A stretch of 64,000 nucleotides of DNA. It comes from Octopus sinensis. Taxonomy: Eukaryota. The notes under the pieces were generated by a model, which saw only the letters and a list, made by a program, of their open reading frames with translations, ran no database searches and was not told where the DNA came from. Position numbers and translations under genes: made by a program. Numbering within the stretch: position 1 is the stretch's first letter; the number at the start of each line of letters is the position of its first letter. Below are positions 12,443 to 23,160 of this stretch, piece after piece. Where the stretch lies: positions 189,596,001-189,660,000 of the forward strand of contig NC_042998.1 in assembly GCF_006345805.1 (NCBI RefSeq), in the 5' to 3' direction.

Positions 12443-12858
12443 GGGAGGCGAGCTGGCAGAATCGTTAGCACGCCGGGCGAAATGCTTAGCGGTATTTTGT
12501 CAGCCGTTACGTTCTGGGTTCAAATTCCGCCGAGGTCAACTTTGCCTTTCATCCTTTCGAGGTCGATAAATTAAGTACCAGTTACGCACTGGGGTCGATA
12601 TAATCGACTTAATCCGTTTGTCTGTCCTTGTTTGTCCCCTCTGTGTTTAGCCCCTTGTGGGTAGTAAAGAAATAGGTATTTTGTCTGCTGCTACGTTCTG
12701 AGTTCAAATTCCGCCGAGGTCGACTTTGCCTTTCATCCTTTCGGGGTCGACTAAATAAGTACCAGCTACGCACTGGCGTCGATGTAATCGACTTAATCCG
12801 TTTGTCTGTCCTTGTTTGTCCCCTCTATGTTTAGCCCCTTGTGGGTAGTAAAGAAATA
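12443..12858 (+). mobile_element. Tandem/composite SINE (head + core-tailA + core-tailA)
   Basis: The second core starts at 12675 right after AAAGAAATA. Outer TSD GGYGATGAAGTGAATAGA at 12425-12442 and 12859-12876. Confidence 0.9.
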
Positions 12859-13987
12859 GGCGATGAAGTGAATAGATTGGCAAGTATAATCAAAAGATGT
12901 TGCATTGAAAACCATCCTCTGTCAGACATTTTATATAAAGATTGCAATAAGTAATGTGTCATTTGAAAAAAAAATAATGTTACGGCTAATTTGAGGATGA
13001 CTTAGCTGCTACTTAAGCATGTCAAGCAATCACGAAGAGTCTCTCTCGTTGACTCATGGAAAAAATATTTTTGAAATTTTATCATTTTAAATACAGACTA
13101 AGGAAGAATACCCGTAAACGTGTTCTACATAAGCGTCAAATAGTAAAACCAAGGCTAATATATACATAATATAATGATAAATAATCATTAGCTTAATGAT
13201 CACTTAAGCTAAAAAAAAAAAGAAGAAAAGTGGCGTAGACAACAAAGAAATTTTCCTTAAAATAATTAAAAACAAAATGAGGAATGCAGTTTTTATTACA
13301 AGAATAGGAAATTATCTTCATAATTTCATTAATAAAGGATTGGTTTTCTGTTCATTACTAAGTTGCTTCTTTCATTCCCCCAGTCATTGTCAGAAGTATT
13401 CATTATCTTTTGAAAGTTTAGACTGTTGTTATTGACATATTTGGACACAATCCACTTAAATATGAACATCTTCTGCTTGGAATGCAAAGGTATGCTGATA
13501 GTGTATATAGAATTATCATTTATGGAATATTGTTTTCTACCATCAGTATAAGTGTTCTAATTATGTGACTTCCAGGAAATTCTCGTGGGTATTAGGGGAG
13601 TAAGTGAAGAGTAATGAATACGGCCATCGATCAATTATATATATATAATATATATATATATTTTTTTTCTCTCTAGTTTATATATATATATTTTTCTCTC
13701 TAGTTTCAGCTCAGAGCTGCGGACATGCTGATGTACCGCCGTTTTGCTACACTGTTATTACCAAGAGCCTCCTCTAATATGTGGCACTTGGTTAAAGAAT
13801 GGAGTTTGATATAGCTACCCTAATTTGCACCTCTTGCCGTGAGGTAGGTTCATCTGGGACTCTCGATTTGATTAAAAAAAGCCTACATCTATTTTGTGCA
13901 AGTTCCTCAGACTCTTTGGGAGAATATTAAAAAGCTGTGGACCCTTGAAACCCAGGCTGTTGCAGTAACTGGTCCTGAAGCGTTATG

Positions 13988-14165
<178 letters not shown>

Positions 14166-14307
14166 TACAAACACAGAGAGACATGACAGAAGAAAATAGA
14201 CACTCCATAAAACATAGTTTTATGTTTATTTTAACTTGAAAAGCTTTATATTTTTTTTTATTAATTGACATTTTTATGTTTCAAGTTCTATATGTGACTG
14301 CTTAATA

Positions 14308-15012
14308 ATGCCACATACGAAAGAAGCCTTGGAACTGTCCGAATTTCATAGAGGCCATATTGTGGGTCAATCTGAAGGTGGACTTAGTGTAAAATTGCAG
14401 AAAACCTTGGGATCCTGCTTTCTACAGGAAATAGAGTGATTGTGCAATTCACCACAGAGGGGAATGAGTCCACATCATCTCGCCCAGGTCAACCAGAACC
14501 CTCTGACAGGACCCTTCGCTTCGTTAAGAGGATAATCCTCATTGTAAGGCCTCTGACATAGCAGAACAAGTTTATGCCAGTCCCAGAGATGCTGTCAGGT
14601 ATCTGCACAAACTTGGCTACTATGGTAGAGCAGCAAGAAGGAAGCTACTTCTTCGACCAGTGAATATCAAGCGGAGAAAAGATTGGACCAGTGAGATGGT
14701 GGAGAGGCCACTAGCATTTTGGAACACTCATATTCTCTGATGACTCCAGATTTGCTGTATTTTCTGACAGTGGTCGAGTGTGGGTCTGGAGACTCTGTGA
14801 TCAAGAATTTGACATGAAAAGATTGCAGCCAACAATGAAACACGGCAGCTATCGCGTGATGTCTGGGGAACAATTTGGAGCAATGGTCGATCAGAGCTGG
14901 TAGAGTGCTAAGGAAACATAAACTCAGATAAATATGTGTCCATATTGCAGAAAGGTGAAATGATTAAAGAAGACTCTTTATTTATGGAAGATGTGGTTCC
15001 TTATCACAAGGT
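14308..15012 (+). pseudogene. Decayed Tc1/mariner (Tc1-like) transposase
   Basis: Frameshifted translation LSEFHRGHIVG (HTH), YLHKLGYYGRAARRK, IFSDDSRF (first catalytic D), RVWVWR, QPTMKHG, WGTIWSNG, LFMEDVVPYHK (second D). The C-terminus and matching TIRs were not found. Confidence 0.85.
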
Positions 15013-16074
15013 TGTGTGAGTGTGTGCGCATGCACACGCTCACACACAGTGTTTGAAGTGGGGTACAGATATTGTATATTGAGAAAAAGGAGGCAGTCAG
15101 AATTTTGAATAATCCTTTATTAGCGCTTTCGTTCGTTTTTCGAACTTGCCAAGACAAAAATCAAAATCAAAATGGTAAAAACAGAACGTTTCGTTGTTCA
15201 TTTATATGAATCGGATGTTTTTTTGCTTCGTTTAGAAGAGGAGAATATTGCTTTTGCTTTTTTCGAAAAAAGGGGAGAGAGAGAGAGAGAGAAAAGCGAA
15301 GAGGGGAGGGAATAGATAAAGAGAGACAATCAAGAAAGAAAAAAATAATAATAAAGGATGGGGAAATGACAGATAAATAGATAGATAGATAGATAGAGAT
15401 AGAAAGAGAGAGAGGTTTCTTTTAAATTTGTTGTGGTCAATTCATTGAAATTTCATTACAAAGCATTTTTCTTTTTTCCTTCTCCTTTTTTCTTTTTCTT
15501 TCCATTGTGTACCTATGAACATATTTGTAAATATACACATTTTCCCACAAGGGTTGGTGACCTTTCAAAGATGTCAATTTTAGGAAGTAGGATCGAAGAA
15601 TACACAAACACACACTGAAAAATGAAAAAGAGTTAAAAGTTCAAATCCCATGAAAATGTATATTCCTTTACACTGTATAACCAAGTCCCATATTCTGTGT
15701 AATTCTGTTTTGCATAAACAAACAATAAATATTAGTACAATATTCATAAATTAGAAAAGTAAAGTCGGAATATAAAAAAAATTATTTGGTACTGTTTATA
15801 ATTCAATTTATTCTCCATGTACAGTTAATCAAACCTCATAAATGAGTTTTGTACGTATATTGTATATTTAGCAGGGCTTGCTTGAATATATTTTTTTGAG
15901 TATCTTTCATCTTTTTGTAGGATTATTTTTCTTTCTTTGCTTGCTTGGATAAGAGAATTCAAAAGAGATCTTTTTCACGGATTAATTTCCCAAGTAGCTA
16001 TATTAGATAGCTTTCCTAATCAGTGGTAAAATGGTTCTTTCTTAGGTATATATATATTGTCAAAATCCCAGTGT

Positions 16075-16102
<28 letters not shown>

Positions 16103-16106
<4 letters not shown>

Positions 16107-16291
16107 ATCCAAACAAGAAAACACAGAAAAAAACACAGCAACGCGAGGACGTGGAACAATTAAAGTATTATTTGACGCTCAGGAAAGAAGGGAAGAAGGG
16201 TTTAACGTTTCGAGCGGAGCTCTTCGTCGGAAACAAAGGAGAAGGAAAGATCCCGAGAAGGGAAGACAGAGGAAAAAAATTTTTTTTGGTC
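16103..16291 (-). mobile_element. PLE-associated non-autonomous unit 1 (189 bp) with minimal hammerhead-like motif at 16200-16234
   Basis: Identical to unit 2 and flanked by (TA)n. The minus strand reads GTTT-CCGACGA-A-GAGC-TCC-GCTC-GAAA-CGTT-AAAC. Confidence 0.7.
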
Positions 16292-16302
16292 TATATATAT
16301 AT

Positions 16303-16338
<36 letters not shown>

Positions 16339-16524
16339 GTTAATCCAAACAAGAAAACACAGAAAAAAACACAGCAACGCGAGGACGTGGAACAATTAAA
16401 GTATTATTTGACGCTCAGGAAAGAAGGGAAGAAGGGTTTAACGTTTCGAGCGGAGCTCTTCGTCGGAAACAAAGGAGAAGGAAAGATCCCGAGAAGGGAA
16501 GACAGAGGAAAAAAATTTTTTTTG

Positions 16525-16527
<3 letters not shown>
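16339..16527 (-). mobile_element. PLE-associated non-autonomous unit 2 (189 bp) with minimal hammerhead-like motif at 16436-16470
   Basis: Exact copy of unit 1, offset by 236 bp. Confidence 0.7.
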
Positions 16528-16567
<40 letters not shown>

Positions 16568-16713
16568 ATCATTTATAGAGATGAGTATAACGTTATTAAT
16601 ATTGGAGCCACATTCAGAAACAACAGTAATAGTGTAATATAAATGTTTTCTCTTCATCCATCTTCATTACTATTAAAACATAATAATAAAAATGTAGTTC
16701 CTCTGCTTCTCTT

Positions 16714-17160
16714 TCAAGCATTTAATTTGGGAGAGAATTTTTTGATGAAGTGTAGCTCCATTGCTTTTCAAAATTTTGGGTCATCTATTGAACATTTGTA
16801 AAAGGGAAAGATTTTAAACTTACCTTCACTGCATATTTCTAGATGCTTGCTCAGTGGAATCTTGCGGAATTCCTCTTGTCAGATGTGTTGTCTGCGGATT
16901 CTTGCATGTTGGCAAAGGGGGTTGTTTGTTTCGCCAATGCAGTTGGGGCAAGTAATACAGTATATGGGATTCTGCGTCTTGCAGTTCGTATCTGCATTTA
17001 CTTTGAGCGAGAATCCGCTCTTGGATTTTATGAGGGAACCACTTTCTAAGTTGTTGTTGCATGTTCCACACCTGCTTTCTCCACATTCTTTTTCGGATAA
17101 TTCTGATTCATTCTCTGATGTGAATTTTGCTTTTGTTAAGTGCTTTTTGAGATTTTTTGG
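16714..17160 (-). pseudogene. Penelope-like element GIY-YIG endonuclease C-terminus (decayed)
   Basis: One frame: PKNLKKHLTKAKF...ECGESRCGTC...NCKTQNPIYCITCPNCIGET...HI*Q...PLSKHLEIC...FKIFPF...F*KAMELHFIKKFSPKLNA*. Cys cluster, IY..IGET and E..FI..F.P.LN motifs are present. The two internal TGA stops are plausibly CGA deaminations. Absent from the ORF track. Confidence 0.85.
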
Positions 17161-17164
17161 TTAG

Positions 17165-18463
17165 CGTCTGCTGTTTCGTAAGGGGTTTTTATCAATCAAA
17201 TCTTCCATTTTGGGGCTTGTGTTCCCGTTGGGCAGAGGTGGCGAATGCCTACATCGCCTCCGTTATCATTTATCGCCTGACTGCCGTGCCTTGTCCTGGT
17301 TACTGTTTGACCAGATTGGAACGTCCCTCGTTAAAATTCTTGTGGAAGAGACCCGTTCCAATGGTCAGGCGGCCAGTCTGTTGCCAGCATCCTCTGAGTG
17401 GTAGATCAGGTATGCCGTGGCTCATAATGCGTAGACTCGCGCTTACATTACGCCACCTGCATCGATTTCTGGAGGTGAGCGTGTGTAGGCTTCGTTTGTG
17501 AGGCTAACTTTCCGCAGCACGTCTCCTTGACGGAGCTGCAGTCCTGGGTGAAGAAAAAATCGAGACTGGACACCTGGCACGTAGAATATCGTCAGGTGCT
17601 CACAACCCTCTACCAGTCTGGCAATGGGATCGGTGGATGTTCTGCTTTAGAAATTTATAGAGGATTAGTAGCGGGGAAGTGCGACGACATTCTAGGGGAG
17701 ACTCTGGGCACCGACGAAAATGAACTGGCTAGCCTTTTCCGGAGGACTTTCCGGTCGGGAACTGTCAGGGACAATTTCCAGATGTGCTTAGCCTGGCAGA
17801 ACCAACGGGGACGCTACCTGTTCGAGACAAGCTCTACAGGCACGGATGCGCAGTCAGACTTGTCCGAGGTGCGTGCAGATTGACGAAACCGTTCTGCACG
17901 CCCTCGTTCAGTGTCCGGGCATTGCTGACTTTTGGGGTTATGTTGAACAGCTGCTGTCACGTGTGGGACGGATCCGTCTGCCGGCCGAGTCTGTAGTAAT
18001 GACTGCACCGCTGCCCACCTTCAATCGGGTAAGTTTTCCTTTGGCTGGTGGCTGTTGTCTGGTGGACAAGGTTGAAAGGCATGAGGACAGACACATTCCT
18101 CTCATTGACTTTTTCGAGTTTTACTTGTGGAAATTATCGAAGGTGGGTGAAAGTTGCGAAAATGGCAAGAGTGGATGGTACCTCTCAAAGTATAGACCTG
18201 TGAGCCAGAGAGAAGGAATTGGTGAGGGCACTTTCTCATAGGGTTTCAGGGAAATCTCGGACAGTGGGGTTCCTCGATTATACCTAGAGGCGTACGTGTA
18301 TCATCATCCCGATCCCACTTTTTTATATCATTGTATGCTAGGCATATGTTTCTTCTTTTCCAGTGTATACTTTCATTTTTTTTTGTATCATTTCATTATT
18401 ATTTATAAACTCCAACACTTCATGTCCCCTCATCCTTCGCCCTTGTGGCAAATAAATGAAATT
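17165..18463 (+). mobile_element. Tx1/L1-clade non-LTR retrotransposon, 5'-truncated (post-RT region, CCHC finger, 3' UTR)
   Basis: AEVANAYIASVIIYRLT...FLWK...CCQHPLSGRSGMP; CPRCVQIDETVLHALVQCP zinc knuckle; ends RWVKVAKMARVDGTSQSIDL* (stop 18201-18203); pyrimidine-rich UTR ending in AATAAATGAAATT then (TCA)n. Confidence 0.85.
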
Positions 18464-18466
18464 ACT

Positions 18467-18504
<38 letters not shown>

Positions 18505-18521
18505 TATTATTAGCAGCAGCA

Positions 18522-18757
18522 GCAACGAGCTAGCAGAGTCGTTAGCGCGCCGGTCGAAATGCTTAGCAGTATTTCGTCCGTCGCTACGTTCTGTGTTCAA
18601 ATTCCACTGAATCCGACCTTAGCTTTCATTCTTTCGGGGTCGATGAAATAAGTACCAGTGAAACATTGGAGTCGATGTAATTGACTCATTCCTTCCCTTA
18701 AAAGGGCTGCCTTTGTGGCAAAATTTGAAACTATTATTATTATTATTATTATTATTT
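18522..18757 (+). mobile_element. SINE, same head/core family, tail type C ending in (TTA)n
   Basis: Decayed head GCAACGAGCTAGCAGAGTCGTTAGC, core, then GCCTTTGTGGCAAAATTTGAAAC followed by (TAT)n. Confidence 0.8.
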
Positions 18758-19161
18758 TGAGTGAGAGAGCAGTGCATGCCATCAAAGTGACACTGGGGTA
18801 AAATATACGAAGCCCAGCATACCCATCATGACTACCCGTCTGATAAGGGTACATCAGGCACATGCATCACAACCATATGTGCGCAACATGGTGATCTCAT
18901 ATCAAGATAAACAGCACATGACCTTGCAGGTGGGGCCCAGTTAGAATTTTCTTCAGGTCGAGTAGCCCATCCTGCTCAAAAGGTCACTTAATAAGGGTTG
19001 CTTTAGGATGTTGAACGAAACAGCTATGTTTCCAGAGGTGAATTATTCAAACTCCAAAGAATCCCTCTCAACACATGGCTATGATGCTCCCCCACTACTT
19101 CTGCTCGTGATCAGAGATGCACGTATTGTCAGCCACTAAGGGACATGCTCAACTGGTTAAG

Positions 19162-19162
<1 letters not shown>
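18758..19162 (-). mobile_element. Unclassified ~400-bp interspersed element bracketed by (TAA)n
   Basis: Higher-GC non-coding block between two TTA tracts. Orientation is inferred from the (TAA)n context. Confidence 0.5.
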
Positions 19163-19246
<84 letters not shown>

Positions 19247-19247
<1 letters not shown>

Positions 19248-19436
19248 TCTCTTTATCACAGGTTTTGTTAGAGCTCCTGGAGTCTTGCATATGTAGCAGG
19301 CTTGCTGCTTGCAGCCCACGGTGCCAGTGCTATCCGTTCTTTTCAGCTATCTAATACTTTCCTGATTATTCTGGACGTACCAACGAAGCAAACCTTTTGT
19401 AACAGTTATACGGGGCACTCTTTTCCCGTTTCCTTT
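19247..19436 (-). mobile_element. R4/Dong-like element, extreme 3' fragment
   Basis: Minus strand LQKVCFVGTSRIIRKVLDS* plus a short UTR, flanked by (TAA)n on both sides. Confidence 0.65.
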
Positions 19437-19450
19437 TATTATTATTATTA

Positions 19451-21481
19451 TAGCATGAAAAATCTTATTATTTTTGCTGGGTATGATGGCAAATATCAGC
19501 TGTTCACAGCCAGAAGACTAAGGTGACACTTGTTTGCCGATCATGCTTCAAGAACCCTGCGGAGGACATTTGCAGTTCCAAGCAATGATTTTTGTAGGTA
19601 TTCTATCTTTACATTCGTTCCTATCTTTTTGAGCCATGTTGGTAGTTGGGTACTGATATTTCCAAGTGTACAGTCACTATTGATATCACGGCGAGCTGGC
19701 AGAAACGTTAGCACGCCGGGCGAAATGCTTAGCGGTATTTCGTCTGCGTTACGTTGTGAGTTCAAATTCCGCCGAGGTCGACTTTGCCTTTCATCCTTTC
19801 GGGGTCGATAAATTAAGTACCAGTTACGCACTGGGGTCGATGTAATCGACTTAATACCTATGTCTGTCCTTGTTTGTCCCCTCTGTGTTTAGCCCTTTGT
19901 GGGTAATAAAGAAATAGATATCACATTCACTTTCTCCATTGCCCACAACCTGCATATTTTCCACTTCAATTCATCGTAGTTCTTCACTTTTTGTTCTTTC
20001 ACTTCATATCCTGTTGTTACCAGAACATGTCCATATGTCAATTATCTGGCATGTTTTTTCTTTTCTGTTCACAAAAAAAAAAATGTCAGGTTTCGATGTC
20101 TAATCTGATGATCACACTGAATCATTACATCCCACAGGATTTTGGAATCCTCGTTCTCAATAACTCATACATAGCGGGTCTTTGATCTTTCTAGGTCATA
20201 TTTTCAACAAAGATCCCAATAGATCATTACTGACCCATTGTTATTTCACCATTTGCATTTAGGTTGTGCCAATTTCGGGCATCCACTCTCAATATGCCTC
20301 ACTGTTTTACTCCTCTCATTAACAATCTCTCAGTTGTTTTATAACGTCTGTACTTCACATGATTTGTCCTCAATGCTTGTTCTTGTGCCGCGTATATAAG
20401 TGCTTCTGTTTCTATCTTCAAGTCACTCATCAGCATCCATGACCACCGGCCTTCTCTATCGTCTTTGCGTTTGTGTCATTTGCAAACTGACCGTACTTTT
20501 CTCTCTTTCTATGCCATTTCATTTTTTTAATGCTTTTTTTCCTTTCTCAACTCAAATTTCCCTTTCTCAACTCAATGATCAATTTTGATGATTCCGCACT
20601 TCTTCACATGTCCCAGCAATAGTTTCACGGCATGTTTTTACATACTGTTTTCTTCTGATTCAACACAATTCTGATAAATGAACATCTCTCACCCTTTTTT
20701 CTGGACAAATACAACCGATCAGCGTCTTTCTCTTGGGACGAAACGCAACGTGCAATGTCCGTGTCTTCGTTAGTGCATTTTTTTTTGCCAGATTATGATT
20801 CCAGCTCTATACCCAAGCGATGTTATCGCCCTTGTATTTACTGCTTGGATTTTATTCCATTCAGTCAATTTTCAACGCAGCCCCAATCGTAATCTTCGGA
20901 AATACTCCTTCTTCAGCTGTTCTTTTATTTTCTTCTCCATGATTTCATTGAACTTTAATATGCCAAAGTTCTTATAAACTTCCTTTTACAATTTGTTTCA
21001 TAACGTCTCTATATGGAAATTCTATCCTTGCCAGGAACTTATTTACCTCTTTTCAGGCTCATTACGCCACATTTCTCGAATCTGAATTCCTTCTTTGCAT
21101 AATCACTGAAACAACGTTCACCAAGAGTCTCACTTGTGTCCCATCCTTACCATACGGCTTCAAATCTTTTATGAAGAGAAGATTGATTCTTTGTGTTTTC
21201 TCCTTGAACTGATATCTCAAGTTCATTTTTCTCGGCACCAAGGTCAGAGAGATCATGCAATGTACAAAAAGCAACTGAGATAAGCTAACCTCCTTGGAAA
21301 ACCCATCTCTTGATGTCCAGAGAGTCCAAGCTTTTCAGAAAGATGTCTACACAGTTTTCCGACCCATCGTACTTCTCTTCAGAAAACGTTACATTCCTTT
21401 CAATTCCAAACACATCTAAGCACTTAATGATCAACGAATGTGGAATCATATCATAAGCTTTGTGGTAATCAATCCAGGATT
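19451..21481 (-). mobile_element. Old R4/Dong-like non-LTR retrotransposon (RT to RLE nuclease, decayed), interrupted by a SINE
   Basis: WIDYHKAYDMIPHS, IKRWVFQG, INLLFIKDLKPYGK (decayed YMDD), SDLKIETEALIYAAQEQALRTN, VIENEDSKILWDVMIQCDH, LQKSLLGTANVLRRVLEA*; ends in (TAA)n. Confidence 0.8.
19690..19916 (+). mobile_element. Young SINE (tail A) inserted into the R4/Dong-like element
   Basis: Near-consensus copy; 8-bp TSD GATATCAC at 19682-19689 and 19917-19924. Confidence 0.92.
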
Positions 21482-21544
21482 CTTCTTCTTCTTCTTCTTC
21501 TTCTTCTTCTTCTTCTTCTTCTTCTTCTTCTTCTTCTTCTTCTT

Positions 21545-21574
<30 letters not shown>
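21481..21574. repeat. (TTC)n microsatellite, about 31 units
   Basis: Directly visible. Confidence 0.97.
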
Positions 21575-21575
<1 letters not shown>

Positions 21576-21661
21576 ATAATAATTAATGTAAAGGATTGAG
21601 GTAACTCCTCCAGAAGATATAGAATCAAAATTAAAAGAAGAGTGCCATTGTAATCTCGTGA

Positions 21662-21732
<71 letters not shown>

Positions 21733-21760
21733 CATCATCATCATCATCATCATCATCATC

Positions 21761-22425
21761 GATTGGGACCGTCATATCAATGAGGAGGCATGGTTTTTGT
21801 CTGAAGTCTTTCAATATAATGTCTGGCCTATTTGCATCTATCTTTCTGTGGTGAATGGTGAAGTTCCAGAGGAGTGAGATGTGATCATTTTCAAGTACTG
21901 GGGTGGTTTCTGTTCCCACCAGTTTTTATCATGGGGCAAGTCCAGGTTTTTGCAAATTACCCAGGGAATATATTGTGCAGCTCTATCATGCCTGTTGAGA
22001 TACTCTGTAGGCGCAAGAAGACTGCACATGGAGACAACATGATCAATGGCTTCATTTTGTTGTTGACATACACGACATGTTGGGAAGCTGCCGTTCTTTG
22101 ATATGTTGGCCTGGTAGTTCCTTTTAGGTAGGCATTGATCTTGGGCTGTTATGATAAACCCTTCTGTTTCTGATTTTAAGCCAGAAGCCATTAGCCATTG
22201 ATGGGTAAGGGATTTGTCAACATCGGCATTATTCGCTCTCTTTGGGTATTTGCCATTGAGAGGTTTTTCTTGCCATTTATAGTAAGAATATCTAAGGTAG
22301 CAGTTTTAGTATGGGTTTTCATGCGCTTAGATTTTTCTGAGCTTGTTTCTATTATAATATATTATATTTCTATTACAATATTATTTCATGCGCTTAGCTT
22401 TTTCTGTGCTTGTTTCTATTATATT
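21761..22425 (-). mobile_element. R4/Dong-like fragment (CCHC finger and PD-(D/E)xK RLE N-half)
   Basis: KWQEKPLNGKYP, GLKSETEGFIITAQDQ, CRVCQQQNEAIDHVVSMC, RHD..AQYI.W, ANRPDIILKD, CLLIDMTVP; flanked by (TTA)/(TCA) tracts. Confidence 0.88.
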
Positions 22426-22789
22426 ATTATTATTTTGCCCTAATTCTACAAAAACAACACTTATCACTGTCACTAAGATAATATACCCTTAGCCACCACC
22501 TTTAGCTTGGTCTTGGCTTGATGTTAGTAGTGGTTCAGTTTCCCTATTTAGGTCACTGCGAGAAACCAGACCCAAGATATTTATCACTCAAATTGGCCAT
22601 GCAGTGACTTTCCAAATAACGCTTCTATTTGTTCTGCATAAACACACCTCTTAAGCTAATTTTTTTTTACTTTATATCTTTCCTTTTTATTCATGAGGTA
22701 ATGTCGACGTGTGGTTGAAAATAATTTTTGAGTCTAGTCAGTGAGGTCGATAGGTTTTTATCTTGCGTATTGATGGTGGTGATGATTAT

Positions 22790-23160
22790 AATATCGATCT
22801 TTTTCACGTACATTCATTTGTCTGTAGAATCAATTGTTATTGTGGTGTGTTAGGTTAGAATATGGGTTGTGCCTAGCAATGCCATTTTTGGAATGTGCGC
22901 TCTGTGGCAAACTGTAATATTTTTTAATGATTTTCTTCATGTTCAATTATCATACGCTGTTGCACAGATAAACATTATTGTCTTCTCTTTCATTACCACA
23001 TCATATTTCAGTCTAATTTCGAGGTACTCTTCGATATCATTACGACCTTCATTAGGAGCAATTTTCTACTTAAAAGAAATCAGGCTTTATATTCTAACAA
23101 AGAAGTTTTACAGTTCGTTTGTGATAACGTGATAACGTCTGGCAATTTTTATTGATTTTT
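22790..23160 (-). mobile_element. Very old R4/Dong-like C-terminal remnant
   Basis: Minus strand FQKMALLGTTHIL resembles the 'QKxALLGTAHILR' terminus. Confidence 0.4.

Noticed and set aside
15640-15677. ...ATTCCTTTACACTG|TA as right TIR of the Tc1 remnant
   Set aside because: No matching left TIR was found near 14200-14300.
16103-16527. CRISPR-like reading of the repeated units
   Set aside because: Eukaryotic context, only two 189-bp units, no unique spacers and no cas genes.
16817-16828. Perfect minus-strand donor GAAG|GTAAGT
   Set aside because: It falls inside the PLE GIY-YIG frame (SEGKFK) and has no partner exon.
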